Source: a virus (lineage: Duplodnaviria; Heunggongvirae; Uroviricota; Caudoviricetes). From it: DNA of 64,000 bases. Below are positions 35,414 through 45,333 of this stretch, piece after piece. The notes under the pieces were generated by a model, which made no database searches, had not been told where the DNA came from, and was given only the letters and a program-made list of their open reading frames with translations. The stretch spans positions 1-64,000 of the IMG/VR virus record IMGVR_UViG_3300012943_000028, one strand, 5' to 3'. The first letter of the stretch is position 1; every line of letters begins with the position of its first letter. Made by a program: the position numbers and the translations under genes.

Positions 35414-35974
35414 TTATTCCCAGTGAACGCCCTTGGAGACCACCGAGCCGACGATCTTGAGCGCAACCACCTTCAGACCAGGACGAAGCTTTGCGATGCG
35501 CTCTGCTTCGTCTCTCCATGAATTGTCGGTCGTGTGTACCTTCGGGTTGGTTCCGAACACGAGCTTGTCGCCAACGACGGTGGCCAGGATCACTCCCTTG
35601 CGGGCAACGCCATCTTCGACATTGCGTGCATACGAACGAACACCCTCGGGAATGTCGCCCAAGCGCATGTCCTTGATGGCGCCGACGGTCTGCACCACGG
35701 CCTTCTGCATGGCAAGGTCAGCCTCGGTCATGCCGGTCGTGTTGGCACGGAACTGCTGATGCGCCTTCGCCTCATTGAAGAGGACGTCATGGCGGTACGT
35801 GGTGCCGGAGAGAGTGTAGTAGTGGCCGCTCGGCGTGCGTGAGCCGTTGAGCTGCTTCAGCCTGCCAGCTGAACCGCGAGTGGAGAACAGACCACCATTT
35901 CTGTCGAAGTAGTAGCCATCGAAGTGAAGGCGCAAGAGGCGCAGCGGGAAAAGGTACTGACCGTCGATCAACAT
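35414..35974 (-). CDS. hypothetical early protein
   Basis: early promoter at 36005-36035, SD GGAG. Confidence 0.65.
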   Translation of the reverse strand: MLIDGQYLFPLRLLRLHFDGYYFDRNGGLFSTRGSAGRLKQLNGSRTPSGHYYTLSGTTYRHDVLFNEAKAHQQFRANTTGMTEADLAMQKAVVQTVGAIKDMRLGDIPEGVRSYARNVEDGVARKGVILATVVGDKLVFGTNPKVHTTDNSWRDEAERIAKLRPGLKVVALKIVGSVVSKGVHWE

Positions 35975-36034
35975 CTCGGTTCTCCAACGATTGATTGTTG
36001 GAAGATTATAACCAGCCGCTAACCATCAGTACAC

Positions 36035-36475
36035 TTAGATAGCAACCTGTGTTTTTGCGGCGACAACTCGATTTCGAAGGTTTGTCGTGCTGAAGGCATG
36101 ATCTCGACGGTTGTAGTACGTCTTGATCCCGAGGTTGTCCATCTCAGCCTTTCCAGTGAAGTCCTTGTCGATGTAGTCGGCGCCGATGATGCGCACATCA
36201 ATCGGCAACGATCGGATGATCTCGAGAAGTTCAGCCTCTGTCTGATATGGAACGATCTCGTCGACAACTTTCTGCGCCTTGAGCTGGACGTAGCGCTCGA
36301 CGAGGCTCTGAACCGGCTTGTTCTTCGTTGGGCGATCGATGGTCGGGTCCGTCTGCAACCCAACGATCAAGTAATCGCACTGCGTCTTTGCTTCCTGCAG
36401 CATGAGGCAATGACCAGCATGCAGAAGGTCGAAGGCGCCAAATGTGATTCCACGTATCATGTTTTCTCCAATCAA
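36035..36475 (-). CDS. glycerol-3-phosphate cytidylyltransferase-like (TagD family)
   Basis: TFGAFDLLHAGH, LIVGL, FSTTNLR. Confidence 0.88.
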   Translation of the reverse strand: MIGENMIRGITFGAFDLLHAGHCLMLQEAKTQCDYLIVGLQTDPTIDRPTKNKPVQSLVERYVQLKAQKVVDEIVPYQTEAELLEIIRSLPIDVRIIGADYIDKDFTGKAEMDNLGIKTYYNRRDHAFSTTNLRNRVVAAKTQVAI

Positions 36476-37053
36476 ATCAGCTTGAGTTCAATGAGGTGCA
36501 GCTGCAGCACGATGACCATCGCATATGCGATGGCGTGAGATTTCTTGAATGAGTAACCGTTCTCGTCCTTAGCGTAGAGAATCTTTCGTACCGATTCACG
36601 CTGCGCAGAGTAAAGCTTTGCGTACTGCTTCTTACCTGGGCGGATGATGGCGAGAACGTCAGCGAGCTCCTCAATGCTTTTCGGCTTGACGGTGTTGAGG
36701 ATGTCACCGTGCTTGGAAAGCTGAAAGAGCTTCTTCTGCTCGTCTGGAACCGTGAGCAGCCCCCAGTCAGGCTCCTTCTGCAGGAGCTGCTCGATCTCTT
36801 CGCGCGTCTCGAAGTTGTCGTACACGTGAAGGTGGAGGAAGTCAATCTTGGCGTAGCCAACGTCCTCAGCTAGATCGTATGGAATTGCTGCAAGCTGGGT
36901 AATTGGGTCAACCGGCATCTCTTGCGGGTGGACTCCACACGGGTGAGCTCGCAGCTCGCCATCTTTCACAAGTGACGCCCGCACCCACGGGAACAGCTTC
37001 GAAGGATCGAAGTCCGTGCGTAGGTCAATGTCGACGTCAGCGGAGAAGCTCAA
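36472..37053 (-). CDS. minimal DNA polymerase III alpha (DnaE)-like catalytic fragment
   Basis: ADVDIDL, HPCGV, KIDFL, LAIIRPG, YSFKKSHAIAYA in only 193 aa. Confidence 0.8.
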   Translation of the reverse strand: MSFSADVDIDLRTDFDPSKLFPWVRASLVKDGELRAHPCGVHPQEMPVDPITQLAAIPYDLAEDVGYAKIDFLHLHVYDNFETREEIEQLLQKEPDWGLLTVPDEQKKLFQLSKHGDILNTVKPKSIEELADVLAIIRPGKKQYAKLYSAQRESVRKILYAKDENGYSFKKSHAIAYAMVIVLQLHLIELKLI

Positions 37054-37185
37054 TCAACCACCTCGAGATCGTTCGGTCCATTCAGCTCAGTGAAAATTCT
37101 GAGCCATGATGATGCTGACTCAGGGCCAGGCCAAGCGTATGCCTTCACTGGATCACTTGTGTAGTACGGACCACGGTGACTCGGG

Positions 37186-37401
37186 TCAGGCGTCTCCGTC
37201 GGGATTGTCAGATAGCCATGAGTCGGTGAGTAGATTCGCATTGTTCCTCTCTATCATGCTCTCAAGCATGTACGTACAGCCAGTGCAAGCATCGCAAATT
37301 CCAATGTGCTGCTGAAGCTCAGCTATGGACTTTGCTTTCGTCCTCTTCAAAATGTTGACAATGACGTTCTCAGGAATGTCATTGCATACGCAGATGATCA
37401 A
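37186..37401 (-). CDS. Bfd-like [2Fe-2S] ferredoxin
   Basis: TTG start, IICVCN and C..C motif (CDACTGC). Confidence 0.65.
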   Translation of the reverse strand: MIICVCNDIPENVIVNILKRTKAKSIAELQQHIGICDACTGCTYMLESMIERNNANLLTDSWLSDNPDGDA

Positions 37402-38189
37402 AGCCGTACCGCCTTCACGATCGTCTTGATGTTGTCGATTGTTGAGCGCTCTTGCTGGAAGCGCTGGCCCCAGTACGATGAGTTGACGACCGTGTTGAAG
37501 GCCTTCAGGTGTCCTCTGTCCATCTCCTTCAGGAACTTGCCGAACGACGGTGCACAGAACAACAACCACGGTGAAAGCCGGCGCTGACGTACCAGCTGGA
37601 TTACCTGCTGCTCACCAAGGTGCTTGAACACGCCAGCGATGTCAACACCGTCCTTGTCGCAGATGTCCATCAGGTAGTTGATTGATTCCTGCACCTGGTC
37701 GAGCGGGTCAGAAAGCTTGTCCATCCAGCCAAGGTAGACTGAGTAGCACTGTTCACGGCACCACAACACTGGAGAAATATCGGCCTCGACCATCAGCTCC
37801 ATGTACTTGTCAGGGCGTGAGATGTTCGCATCCATGACAAGCTGTGCAAAGTTGATGAACGAGCGGTAGAACTTTGACTCCATGAAGGCCGCAGCGCCTG
37901 GTGCGCTGTAGCGCTTCAGCTGCATCCAATCACGGTAGTAGCCGTAGGCTGCCTGACCAAGCGTGCTCTTGAACTCGAAATGTCTGCGCTTTTCTTCGCA
38001 CGTGTGCTTCATGTAGCGAGCTTCACTATGGAAGCGGTTGCTGCAGTAAGTGCACAACCAATTTCCACGCACGTTCGAAGCGTGCACCTCAGCATCGTCA
38101 ACTGGGACGCGTCGCTTTGCGATCTCCTCTTGGTTGAGAAGCTTTATCTCAAGGGGTTTGTCGGAGGTCGACTTCGATCTCTTCACCAT
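37398..38189 (-). CDS. zinc-finger-containing hypothetical protein
   Basis: CTYC..F......KHTC. Confidence 0.65.
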   Translation of the reverse strand: MVKRSKSTSDKPLEIKLLNQEEIAKRRVPVDDAEVHASNVRGNWLCTYCSNRFHSEARYMKHTCEEKRRHFEFKSTLGQAAYGYYRDWMQLKRYSAPGAAAFMESKFYRSFINFAQLVMDANISRPDKYMELMVEADISPVLWCREQCYSVYLGWMDKLSDPLDQVQESINYLMDICDKDGVDIAGVFKHLGEQQVIQLVRQRRLSPWLLFCAPSFGKFLKEMDRGHLKAFNTVVNSSYWGQRFQQERSTIDNIKTIVKAVRL

Positions 38190-38730
38190 GCCAACTCCAG
38201 CCTGGCTGCGTAGGTTCACCACGTTCCCTGAAGTCTGCAATGAACTTTCGAATGTAGTGCTCATCAATGTATGGGGTATTTACCGTTGCGTAGAGACCAA
38301 TCGCCACTCGCCCGTAGTCCTCAAGCTCGATGCTTGGGGCGACCTTCACAATGCCAGCCCGTATGACGAGCTCGTCCTTGACGTAGTCGCTACGAATCTG
38401 ATAACGCGCGTTCACAGTGTGAAACGATCCATCGGGCCACCGTCCCTCAGTTGGAAACTTAGCGTACGCATCGTCAAGAACGGCATCTTCAAGAGCGTTG
38501 TAGGCTTCGAAGTATGCCGTCACCATGGCCACGGCATAGTAGCGCTTGAGGCGGGAGTGGAAGAAACGAAAATCGATCCACTGCCAAGGATAGGCAGGAT
38601 CGTAGATGTGATCGCAGTAGAAGTCACCATTGTAGGCGCAGTTAGGGTAGCGGCGCATCAGGTTTTTGATCCTGATGTAGGCAGCCTTGCGCTCTTTGCG
38701 ATTACGTTCTGGACGGCGAGTTTTCATCAC
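38149..38730 (-). CDS. hypothetical protein
   Basis: 193-aa ORF. Confidence 0.6.
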   Translation of the reverse strand: MMKTRRPERNRKERKAAYIRIKNLMRRYPNCAYNGDFYCDHIYDPAYPWQWIDFRFFHSRLKRYYAVAMVTAYFEAYNALEDAVLDDAYAKFPTEGRWPDGSFHTVNARYQIRSDYVKDELVIRAGIVKVAPSIELEDYGRVAIGLYATVNTPYIDEHYIRKFIADFRERGEPTQPGWSWHGEEIEVDLRQTP

Positions 38731-38762
38731 CTGATTGTATCACTGCCAGGTTGAATTGAAAA

Positions 38763-39095
38763 CTACTCTCGACACATCTTCTCGATGAGAACGAGTGATT
38801 CCTCTGTTGGACGAAAGCGAGCGATCGGTGCGCCAATGTTGTCAGCAAAATGTGGGTCCAGCCGGTTGAGGTTGTGGAACAGCAGAAATGGGCTTCCCTT
38901 CCAGCCCTCATACACGAGCAGCTTCTTGCCCTCGTAGTTCGTGCAGCCTGGATACTCAACGAGCAGAACAAGGTATTTGCCGATCACCTGCTCCTTCAAA
39001 ATCTTGAAGTTGCCTGGGTTCGGGTTTGGCGCCACCGCAGCAGGCTCGCAGGGGTTTGTCCTGCAGCGACCGCCACCGAAAAGCGGCATGCCCAT
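38763..39095 (-). CDS. hypothetical protein
   Basis: YPGCTNYEGKK, LDPHF, ARFRP motifs. Confidence 0.6.
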   Translation of the reverse strand: MGMPLFGGGRCRTNPCEPAAVAPNPNPGNFKILKEQVIGKYLVLLVEYPGCTNYEGKKLLVYEGWKGSPFLLFHNLNRLDPHFADNIGAPIARFRPTEESLVLIEKMCRE

Positions 39096-39430
39096 TACTT
39101 CCAGCCCTTGATGAGAGCTATCGCCTCTTCTTCAGAGAGCAGCTTCATCTCATACTTGCTGGAATTTTCAGCGATGTAGCCGTCAACAACGCTTGCGGCA
39201 TACCAGTGCAGGCCATATCGGCCCTTGAAACAGGAGTAGACGCTGCCGCTGTGGTTGGTAATGTTGAACGTGCGCTCAGCATCTTCTACTGAGACTATGC
39301 CAGAGCTGATCTTCCATGAAGCGCCTTCAAGGTAGCTTCCAGCCCAGCCAGCAGCGACCTTGTACAGCATCTCGCCATCTGGTGTCTTGATTGAAATGAT
39401 GGCCCATGTGTCGGGGCGGTATGTGCTCAT
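39095..39430 (-). CDS. conserved phage hypothetical protein
   Basis: Y.PD.W, YKV.AGW.GSYL.G.SWK. Confidence 0.65.
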   Translation of the reverse strand: MSTYRPDTWAIISIKTPDGEMLYKVAAGWAGSYLEGASWKISSGIVSVEDAERTFNITNHSGSVYSCFKGRYGLHWYAASVVDGYIAENSSKYEMKLLSEEEAIALIKGWK

Positions 39431-39882
39431 GCGGCCTCCTTCTTCAGCTTGGAGATTTCATCTTTGTCCCAGCCAAGCTCTTCTGCCATTTTCATGATCT
39501 CAGCGTCTGAAGGAAGTGGGTTCAACAGCTTCGCTTCACGCTCAGACATCTCAAAGTACTCTTGGATAACCCGCAGAGCTCCCGAATTTTTCTTCTTGCT
39601 CTTGATACCCAACCAGTTGTAGCGCTTATTGGTTTTAGAATTTGCGGCCTGGAGTAGCATCATCAGGAGATGCGGGTGTTTTCCAAGTGTGAACACGTTC
39701 AAGTTCACGAATTCATTCAGCATCATTATCTGACGAGCATCTGAAGTCCCAGACGCCCAGCGCATCACAACGAGTGGAGCAAATCCCTTTCGCTCTTCAT
39801 CAGAAAGCTTTGAATAGATGTCACCTGCTTTAGGGTCATTGAGACGCCCAAGCAGGTCGAAGATGTCAAGCTTAAAACTCAT
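39427..39882 (-). CDS. clamp loader small subunit (T4 gp62-like)
   Basis: F.P.V.MRW, NEFVN, IQEYF.MS.REA; near the gp44-like gene. Confidence 0.65.
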   Translation of the reverse strand: MSFKLDIFDLLGRLNDPKAGDIYSKLSDEERKGFAPLVVMRWASGTSDARQIMMLNEFVNLNVFTLGKHPHLLMMLLQAANSKTNKRYNWLGIKSKKKNSGALRVIQEYFEMSEREAKLLNPLPSDAEIMKMAEELGWDKDEISKLKKEAA

Positions 39883-40076
39883 GCTTCAGCAGCTCTGAGA
39901 TGACTGCATTGTCGATCTCTTGAGCGATAATCCCTGCGTTTGCGGTGATGAATCGCGCGTATTGAATTTCTGGCGGGGCACCACGCTTGTGCTCCTTCTG
40001 GCAGCGTTTACACCATACCAGCTCGTTCTCTCCAGGGTATTCCTTGTCGAGAAAGGCAAAATTTGGCTTAAGCTCT

Positions 40077-40400
40077 TCAAGTGAGTGAGCCATGCTTTGG
40101 TAGCTCCACGTCTACGAAGCGGTCAACTGCCGCATAGAGAATCTTGCGCACACTTTCCGGGCTCATGCTCTCGGTGTCGATAGTCCATTCACCGGTGTCT
40201 GGGTCCATCTTTGCATAGATTTCACCGAAGCCACAACCCTTCCAGCCCCACTGCGCATAGATGTGGAAGCTCGTAAAGCCATGAACCGTTGGCGGGTTGT
40301 CTGCCATTGTCTTACGACGAGCGGCCTCACGCGCAGCGATGGCTTCCTGCTGCTCAGGTGTCAGAGGAATGCTTGGATCGTAGCGCTTAACCTGTGACAT
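40077..40400 (-). CDS. hypothetical protein
   Basis: packed ORF. Confidence 0.55.
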   Translation of the reverse strand: MSQVKRYDPSIPLTPEQQEAIAAREAARRKTMADNPPTVHGFTSFHIYAQWGWKGCGFGEIYAKMDPDTGEWTIDTESMSPESVRKILYAAVDRFVDVELPKHGSLT

Positions 40401-40596
40401 ACAACGGCTTGAGGGTGTTTCCCTCTACCTCGAAGTCAAGAGTTGGACCACTCACGTTCGTTGGGTGGATGTAGAAGCGCACCTTGCCATCACGAACCTC
40501 GTGGCGGATGGAGCTGTCAATGTAGTTGACGTCCTTCTGCCATTCACCAGAATCGCCATGGTTCCAGCCTTTGCGGAAGTATTCTTCAAGAGTCAT
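40387..40596 (-). CDS. small hypothetical protein
   Basis: start adjacent to clamp loader stop. Confidence 0.5.
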   Translation of the reverse strand: MTLEEYFRKGWNHGDSGEWQKDVNYIDSSIRHEVRDGKVRFYIHPTNVSGPTLDFEVEGNTLKPLYVTG

Positions 40597-40597
40597 T

Positions 40598-41515
40598 CTA
40601 ACACCGTGAGAGTGAGATGAAGCAGGCAGCGAGGTTGATCTCAGTATCGGCAACCAGTGCATGCGAGCGGAGGTACTCGGCGATCGTGACGATTGCAGCC
40701 TCCTTGTCCTTCACCTTCAACTTCTCGATGTTCTGGTAGAGGAACGTGTAGATGTCTTCATGCTCTTCACGAGTAGCTGACTCGCACACGAGCTTGCGTG
40801 CAGCCTTGAAGTCGCCGGCCGTGATAGCATCAAGAAGACCGAACTTCCAATCAGACGCTGATGTTGCGCCTCGTGGCCGCTGGAGCGTGCCATCGACAAT
40901 GTTCTGCTGTATCAACTGTGTGATGGCACGGATAGAAGGATATCCAACAGTAACATAGTCGTCTATGAAGTCGATAACGACATCATCCACCTCAATCTTC
41001 TCTGCCTCAAGGATGTCCACCATGAGCGAGATGATCTTGTCCCGGTTTGGTGCCTTGAACGAGAAGCGCTGAAAGCGGTCCTTCAGCGGAGGAATGACCT
41101 TGTTCTCGTAGTTGCATGTAGCGATGTAGCGGCAGGTGGCAGACGTCTGCTCGATAAGGCTGCGCAGTAGGGCTTGACCATCAAGCGAGAGATAGTCGAA
41201 CTCTTCAAGCTGAACGACCTTGAACTTGCCAAGCGGCATGGTCATCGCAAAGGCGGTCACCTTGTTGCGCAGCGCATCAATCTTCTCGTCAGAGCAGTTG
41301 ATACGTAGAACGTCGGATCGATCGACGCCGAGGTCATTGAGAAGTGCTTTTGACACTGAGGTCTTGCCAGTGCCCTGAATACCCGAAAGCAGCAGGTGAG
41401 GAATGTCACCATCAGTAACGAACTTTTCGAACTGCTTCTGCTGGCGCTCATCCTGAAAGATGACGTCCTTGATTGACTTCGGACGATAGCGTTCAACCCA
41501 AATCGATGGTTTCAT
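40598..41515 (-). CDS. clamp loader large subunit (T4 gp44 / RFC small subunit)
   Basis: WVERYRPK, GIQGTGKT, EEFDYLS, TCNY. Confidence 0.93.
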   Translation of the reverse strand: MKPSIWVERYRPKSIKDVIFQDERQQKQFEKFVTDGDIPHLLLSGIQGTGKTSVSKALLNDLGVDRSDVLRINCSDEKIDALRNKVTAFAMTMPLGKFKVVQLEEFDYLSLDGQALLRSLIEQTSATCRYIATCNYENKVIPPLKDRFQRFSFKAPNRDKIISLMVDILEAEKIEVDDVVIDFIDDYVTVGYPSIRAITQLIQQNIVDGTLQRPRGATSASDWKFGLLDAITAGDFKAARKLVCESATREEHEDIYTFLYQNIEKLKVKDKEAAIVTIAEYLRSHALVADTEINLAACFISLSRC

Positions 41516-41573
41516 GGTGCTTCCTAAACGGGATAGCCTATTCTAACACGCCATATCGTGGCGTAAACAACGA

Positions 41574-42713
41574 TCAGGCGTCGTTGTATTTGCTCGCCAC
41601 GGTTGGGCGAGTCTCGTCTGAATCGAGCGACATGATCACGTCGGCCCTGCGACCATCAACGCTTTCAAGCGATGAGCGTGGCTGCACAAGCTGCGGAAGG
41701 GTGATCACCTCTCGACCTAGCTCTTCAGGAAGAGCCTCACGATTGATTCCTGCTTGAGCTTCTTCGGCCATCCTATCGGCCCATCCAGGAGGGGATTCCT
41801 GGTTGAGGTCAACGGACGTCATCTCTCCACGTTCAACGAGTTCGTCCATACCCTTTTGAAGGTCCTCAGCGCTGAAGCTGGAATTCAGGACTGCGTCTGG
41901 ATCACCGGCCTTTTCTACCTGTTCCTTGTAGTACGAGTCCACCTGCTCATTGGTAACAGCGTCTTCGGCTGGAGCTGGCGGTGCCAGCGTTGGCATCTTG
42001 AAGTCTGGGTCAGGCTCAGTGATAGGAACCACCTTTGGCTTCCTGCGTTCGATTAGGAAGTTGGCGGCGATGAGCAGTACGATAGCAAGAGGGTCGAAGA
42101 CGAAGATGATCGTCATGATGACGTACTTCACGGCCTTTTCAGGGGTCGTATTGAACGCCTCAGCGACGTAGAGAATTGGGCCGAGGTCAGCGCTCTTCTT
42201 CACGTTAGCTGCCTTCAGCTGTGGCAACTCCGTGTCAATCTCGGTGAGGCGCTTGTTGATCTTGTCAGACTCGGGAGCAAACTCCTGCATGAGCTGGCGG
42301 CGGGCGCGTGCGTAGTCAGCTGGGAGGTTTGCGATCTGCTTGTCGATTTCCTGCTTGCGCGTCTGCAGGCGGGCCTTCTCATCCTCAAGCGAGGTGATGA
42401 TGATCGTGTCCTGGTTGTTCGTAACGATGGCGTGCTGGAACTGCTGTGACAGGTAACCGAACACACCAGTCGACGTGATGAGCATGAGCACGGCAGTTGC
42501 CGGTATCATGAACGCCTTCATCAGAAGGCGTGTCTCTTTCCAGTACTTGTAGACGAACGAGACGCCGACAACTTTACCGATGTCGAGAGCGATGGCCATC
42601 AAGATGATGACCGGGTTCATGTTGAAAAGATGACCCAGACCGGCAACGCTGATGTACGTACCAATGCTTTCGATGAAGAGGGCAGCGAAGAGGATCAGGG
42701 CGATGAAGAACAT
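41574..42713 (-). CDS. membrane protein with coiled coil
   Basis: 3 N-terminal TM, ITSTGVFGYLS, IFVFDPLA. Confidence 0.75.
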   Translation of the reverse strand: MFFIALILFAALFIESIGTYISVAGLGHLFNMNPVIILMAIALDIGKVVGVSFVYKYWKETRLLMKAFMIPATAVLMLITSTGVFGYLSQQFQHAIVTNNQDTIIITSLEDEKARLQTRKQEIDKQIANLPADYARARRQLMQEFAPESDKINKRLTEIDTELPQLKAANVKKSADLGPILYVAEAFNTTPEKAVKYVIMTIIFVFDPLAIVLLIAANFLIERRKPKVVPITEPDPDFKMPTLAPPAPAEDAVTNEQVDSYYKEQVEKAGDPDAVLNSSFSAEDLQKGMDELVERGEMTSVDLNQESPPGWADRMAEEAQAGINREALPEELGREVITLPQLVQPRSSLESVDGRRADVIMSLDSDETRPTVASKYNDA

Positions 42714-43219
42714 TACGTTGAAAGCTCCGTGTACGAGTTGAGCCAAATCTTGCGGCGCACGACCCACACGTCAACTGGGTTCTCACGGCTGCGGGCGATA
42801 AAGTCACCTGGCTCATAGGCTTGTAGGTTCTGGATACCGTCAACGGTCTCACCCCAAAGACCGACGATGTACGACGGCAGCATCGAGGCGCTGAGTGGAA
42901 CCTCATAGAAGTCAACGCTGTTCTCAGCCTTTGGCTGGCAGATCATCCAGCCGTCGGCGTCGATGTCAGTGACGTCATACTTCTTTAGTAGCGTCTTTGG
43001 CGCCTGCTGCCACGCGTCATTGCCTTCACCGATACAGAACATCGTGTTCTCGTGGATCGGCTCTTTGGCCTCGAGGGTGTCGATGAGAAACTTTGACATC
43101 ACGGAACGGTCTACGAGGAGGTTGACCATCGCCTTAGCTCGCAGGCCCTTCGTCTTCTTGGCAATGCGCCACTTCTCAACCGATTTCGGATCGAAGATGA
43201 AGAACTTGGCCTGGATCAT
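42713..43219 (-). CDS. hypothetical protein
   Basis: coupled ORF. Confidence 0.6.
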   Translation of the reverse strand: MIQAKFFIFDPKSVEKWRIAKKTKGLRAKAMVNLLVDRSVMSKFLIDTLEAKEPIHENTMFCIGEGNDAWQQAPKTLLKKYDVTDIDADGWMICQPKAENSVDFYEVPLSASMLPSYIVGLWGETVDGIQNLQAYEPGDFIARSRENPVDVWVVRRKIWLNSYTELST

Positions 43220-43617
43220 ACGCCCAACCAGCTGTTGATGAACGGGAACGGCGAGTTGATAAGGTGCAGCGTTGCGACCATACACGTCATGTGAACGGCC
43301 TGGTCAATTCCGATAACTGCAAAGAACCAATGACGCTCGTTCTTCTTCCACAGCCACGATGTGGCCTTCGATGAAAAGAAGTCAGTTGCCCAGTGCAGCA
43401 CGCCGTTAACCAACGCGTACTGCCAGCCGAGGAGGATAAGGAATGGGAGCGTGTAAACGCTGACGTGAATTGTCAGCCACTTTGCAGAGCCGCTCTTGCT
43501 CGTTGCCATCTTGTCAGTTTGCAGGAAAAAGTCAGCGAACAGGTGCATCCAGATGATCAACAAAAACGCGTTGAGATAGTTCATAGAACCTCCAGCGGTG
43601 ACAACGATGGTTTCCAT
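43216..43617 (-). CDS. DUF3307 family membrane protein
   Basis: HLFADFFLQ, HW.TD, DQAVH. Confidence 0.8.
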   Translation of the reverse strand: METIVVTAGGSMNYLNAFLLIIWMHLFADFFLQTDKMATSKSGSAKWLTIHVSVYTLPFLILLGWQYALVNGVLHWATDFFSSKATSWLWKKNERHWFFAVIGIDQAVHMTCMVATLHLINSPFPFINSWLGV

Positions 43618-43940
43618 CAGTATGCGTAGTCTATGGCGACTGACTCATCATCGGCTGTTGCAAGCACCCACTCATCATCTGACTTCCAGACCTTGACGCC
43701 TTCGTGATCGAAGCCGATGGTCCACTTGCCAGGCTGAATGAGAACGATGTCGCCGTTCTTGAAGTCCTCAACGTCTGGGCCAACGGCCAAGACCTTTGCC
43801 CAGCGGGCGTATGTGCCCTGCTTGTCGGTCTCTGGACGGGTGAGGAGGATGCGGCCCTTGTTTTTCTGGAGGAACTGACCCTCAACGGTGTCGTTCAAGA
43901 ATGCGAACAAAAAGTTCCTACCAAGCGGTCTAATCGCCAT
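43617..43940 (-). CDS. divergent GroES-like co-chaperonin
   Basis: IRPLG, GRILL, KVLAVGPDV, GDIVL. Confidence 0.7.
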   Translation of the reverse strand: MAIRPLGRNFLFAFLNDTVEGQFLQKNKGRILLTRPETDKQGTYARWAKVLAVGPDVEDFKNGDIVLIQPGKWTIGFDHEGVKVWKSDDEWVLATADDESVAIDYAY

Positions 43941-43969
43941 ACAGAAGTCTCCTAATTTTCGACTGTCGC

Positions 43970-44215
43970 TTACTTGGAAGCGGCTACTGACGCCTCAGCG
44001 GCCTCGGCAGCTACTGCCAATGGGGAATCTGCATCGACCTTCTTTGCTGGAGGTACGATGAAGTTCTCCTTCGTCTTGATGCCATCCTTTTCGTCGATGA
44101 ACTTGCGGCGCTGGTTGACGCTCACAGGCACAGGCGTTGTGGCAAGCTGCTCCTTGATGGCGAGCAGATCAAAATCTACGGCTTCACCACGGGCAGAACG
44201 GGCTTTTCTAGTCAT
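43970..44215 (-). CDS. hypothetical late protein
   Basis: SARGEAVDF; TAAATA at 44264-44269. Confidence 0.65.
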   Translation of the reverse strand: MTRKARSARGEAVDFDLLAIKEQLATTPVPVSVNQRRKFIDEKDGIKTKENFIVPPAKKVDADSPLAVAAEAAEASVAASK

Positions 44216-44292
44216 TAGGGAAACTCCAAAAGAGGGTATCGGATGTGATAGCTCTGTGAGTAGTATTTATCTTGCCCCGCCCAAAAACAGGT

Positions 44293-44571
44293 TCACGCCT
44301 TGACCTCAACCGGCACCCCATTAGTGTCCGTGAACCAATCAGGTCGAGCAAACCTGCTCGTGAAAAGGTAACTATCACGCTTCTCTGAGTCCAGAGCGAA
44401 GGCCTCTGGCCAGTTCTTCATGATCTCTGCCTCGTCATCAGCGTAGGCGACGATCACCCAGTAGTCGCCCTTGCTATTTTCACCGCTGCCAGTGCACCAG
44501 TAGGGGTGCTTGAGCGGCCATACAACTGGACGATAGTCAGGTTCGTGCGTAAAGAAGCGACAGCGGATCAT
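44293..44571 (-). CDS. hypothetical protein
   Basis: PYWCTG, WPEA, FTSRFARPDW. Confidence 0.6.
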   Translation of the reverse strand: MIRCRFFTHEPDYRPVVWPLKHPYWCTGSGENSKGDYWVIVAYADDEAEIMKNWPEAFALDSEKRDSYLFTSRFARPDWFTDTNGVPVEVKA

Positions 44572-44807
44572 GAGAACTCCACCTCAGCGTGTGTTTCGAT
44601 CCATGCCCGAGCGCCGCATGAAAGCGGCTTCTCTGGGCGGTAAAAGAATTCTGACGGGCCGTTGATCTTCACCGTGCGTGCCTTGTGTGGGCCCTTGCTC
44701 GTCTGCACAGTGAGCGGAGGAAGGTCGGTTCCATGCTTGAGGTTTGAGGCAATCACGTGCTTGTCAACGTGAAGGCGCTTGATGGTTCCTGCTGCGAGCT
44801 TAGTCAT
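44568..44807 (-). CDS. hypothetical protein
   Basis: PLSCGARAWIET motif. Confidence 0.6.
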   Translation of the reverse strand: MTKLAAGTIKRLHVDKHVIASNLKHGTDLPPLTVQTSKGPHKARTVKINGPSEFFYRPEKPLSCGARAWIETHAEVEFS

Positions 44808-45333
44808 GGAAGAACTCCTCCATTGCAATGCCATACTTGATAGGGTCTACCTTGTGCAGCCCAATGATGAACAACACGAGCGAAGCGCACGAAGAACCAC
44901 GGCCAACTCCCCACACAGTCTTCGTCTTCACGAGCTCATCAATGACGTACATGAGCGCCTTAACAAGCTGCTCCATCCCGCGAGTTTTGATCTCCATCAT
45001 CTCGGCCTTGATGCGCTCCTGGTATGGAGCTGCAGCAATGCGGTTGTTGATGGTGAGAAAATCAATCAGTCGTTCCTGTACCTCACGATCGAGGTCCATC
45101 TTCATGTACTCTTGCGGAACCTTCCAGCTCATGTTGAGCGGGCGGTTCTTGTCCTTGCCAACTGCAAGATGTTCCTCTGAGAACTGATTGAACTGTCTGG
45201 TGTCATCGTTCTCTTCAGTGAGAGCAATGAGCTCTGGCGGAACGCCACCTAGAAAGAGCTCTGGGACCAGCGCAGGGTCTACCTGACTGGTCCCATCGAA
45301 CCACAGCGTTCTGTTGTTCAGCTCGACCTTCAT
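44800..45333 (-). CDS. DnaE-like N-proximal fragment
   Basis: GVGRGSSCASLVLFIIGLHKVDPIKYG matches the DnaE GRGS..SLV.Y.LGIT..DP motif. Confidence 0.8.
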   Translation of the reverse strand: MKVELNNRTLWFDGTSQVDPALVPELFLGGVPPELIALTEENDDTRQFNQFSEEHLAVGKDKNRPLNMSWKVPQEYMKMDLDREVQERLIDFLTINNRIAAAPYQERIKAEMMEIKTRGMEQLVKALMYVIDELVKTKTVWGVGRGSSCASLVLFIIGLHKVDPIKYGIAMEEFFHD

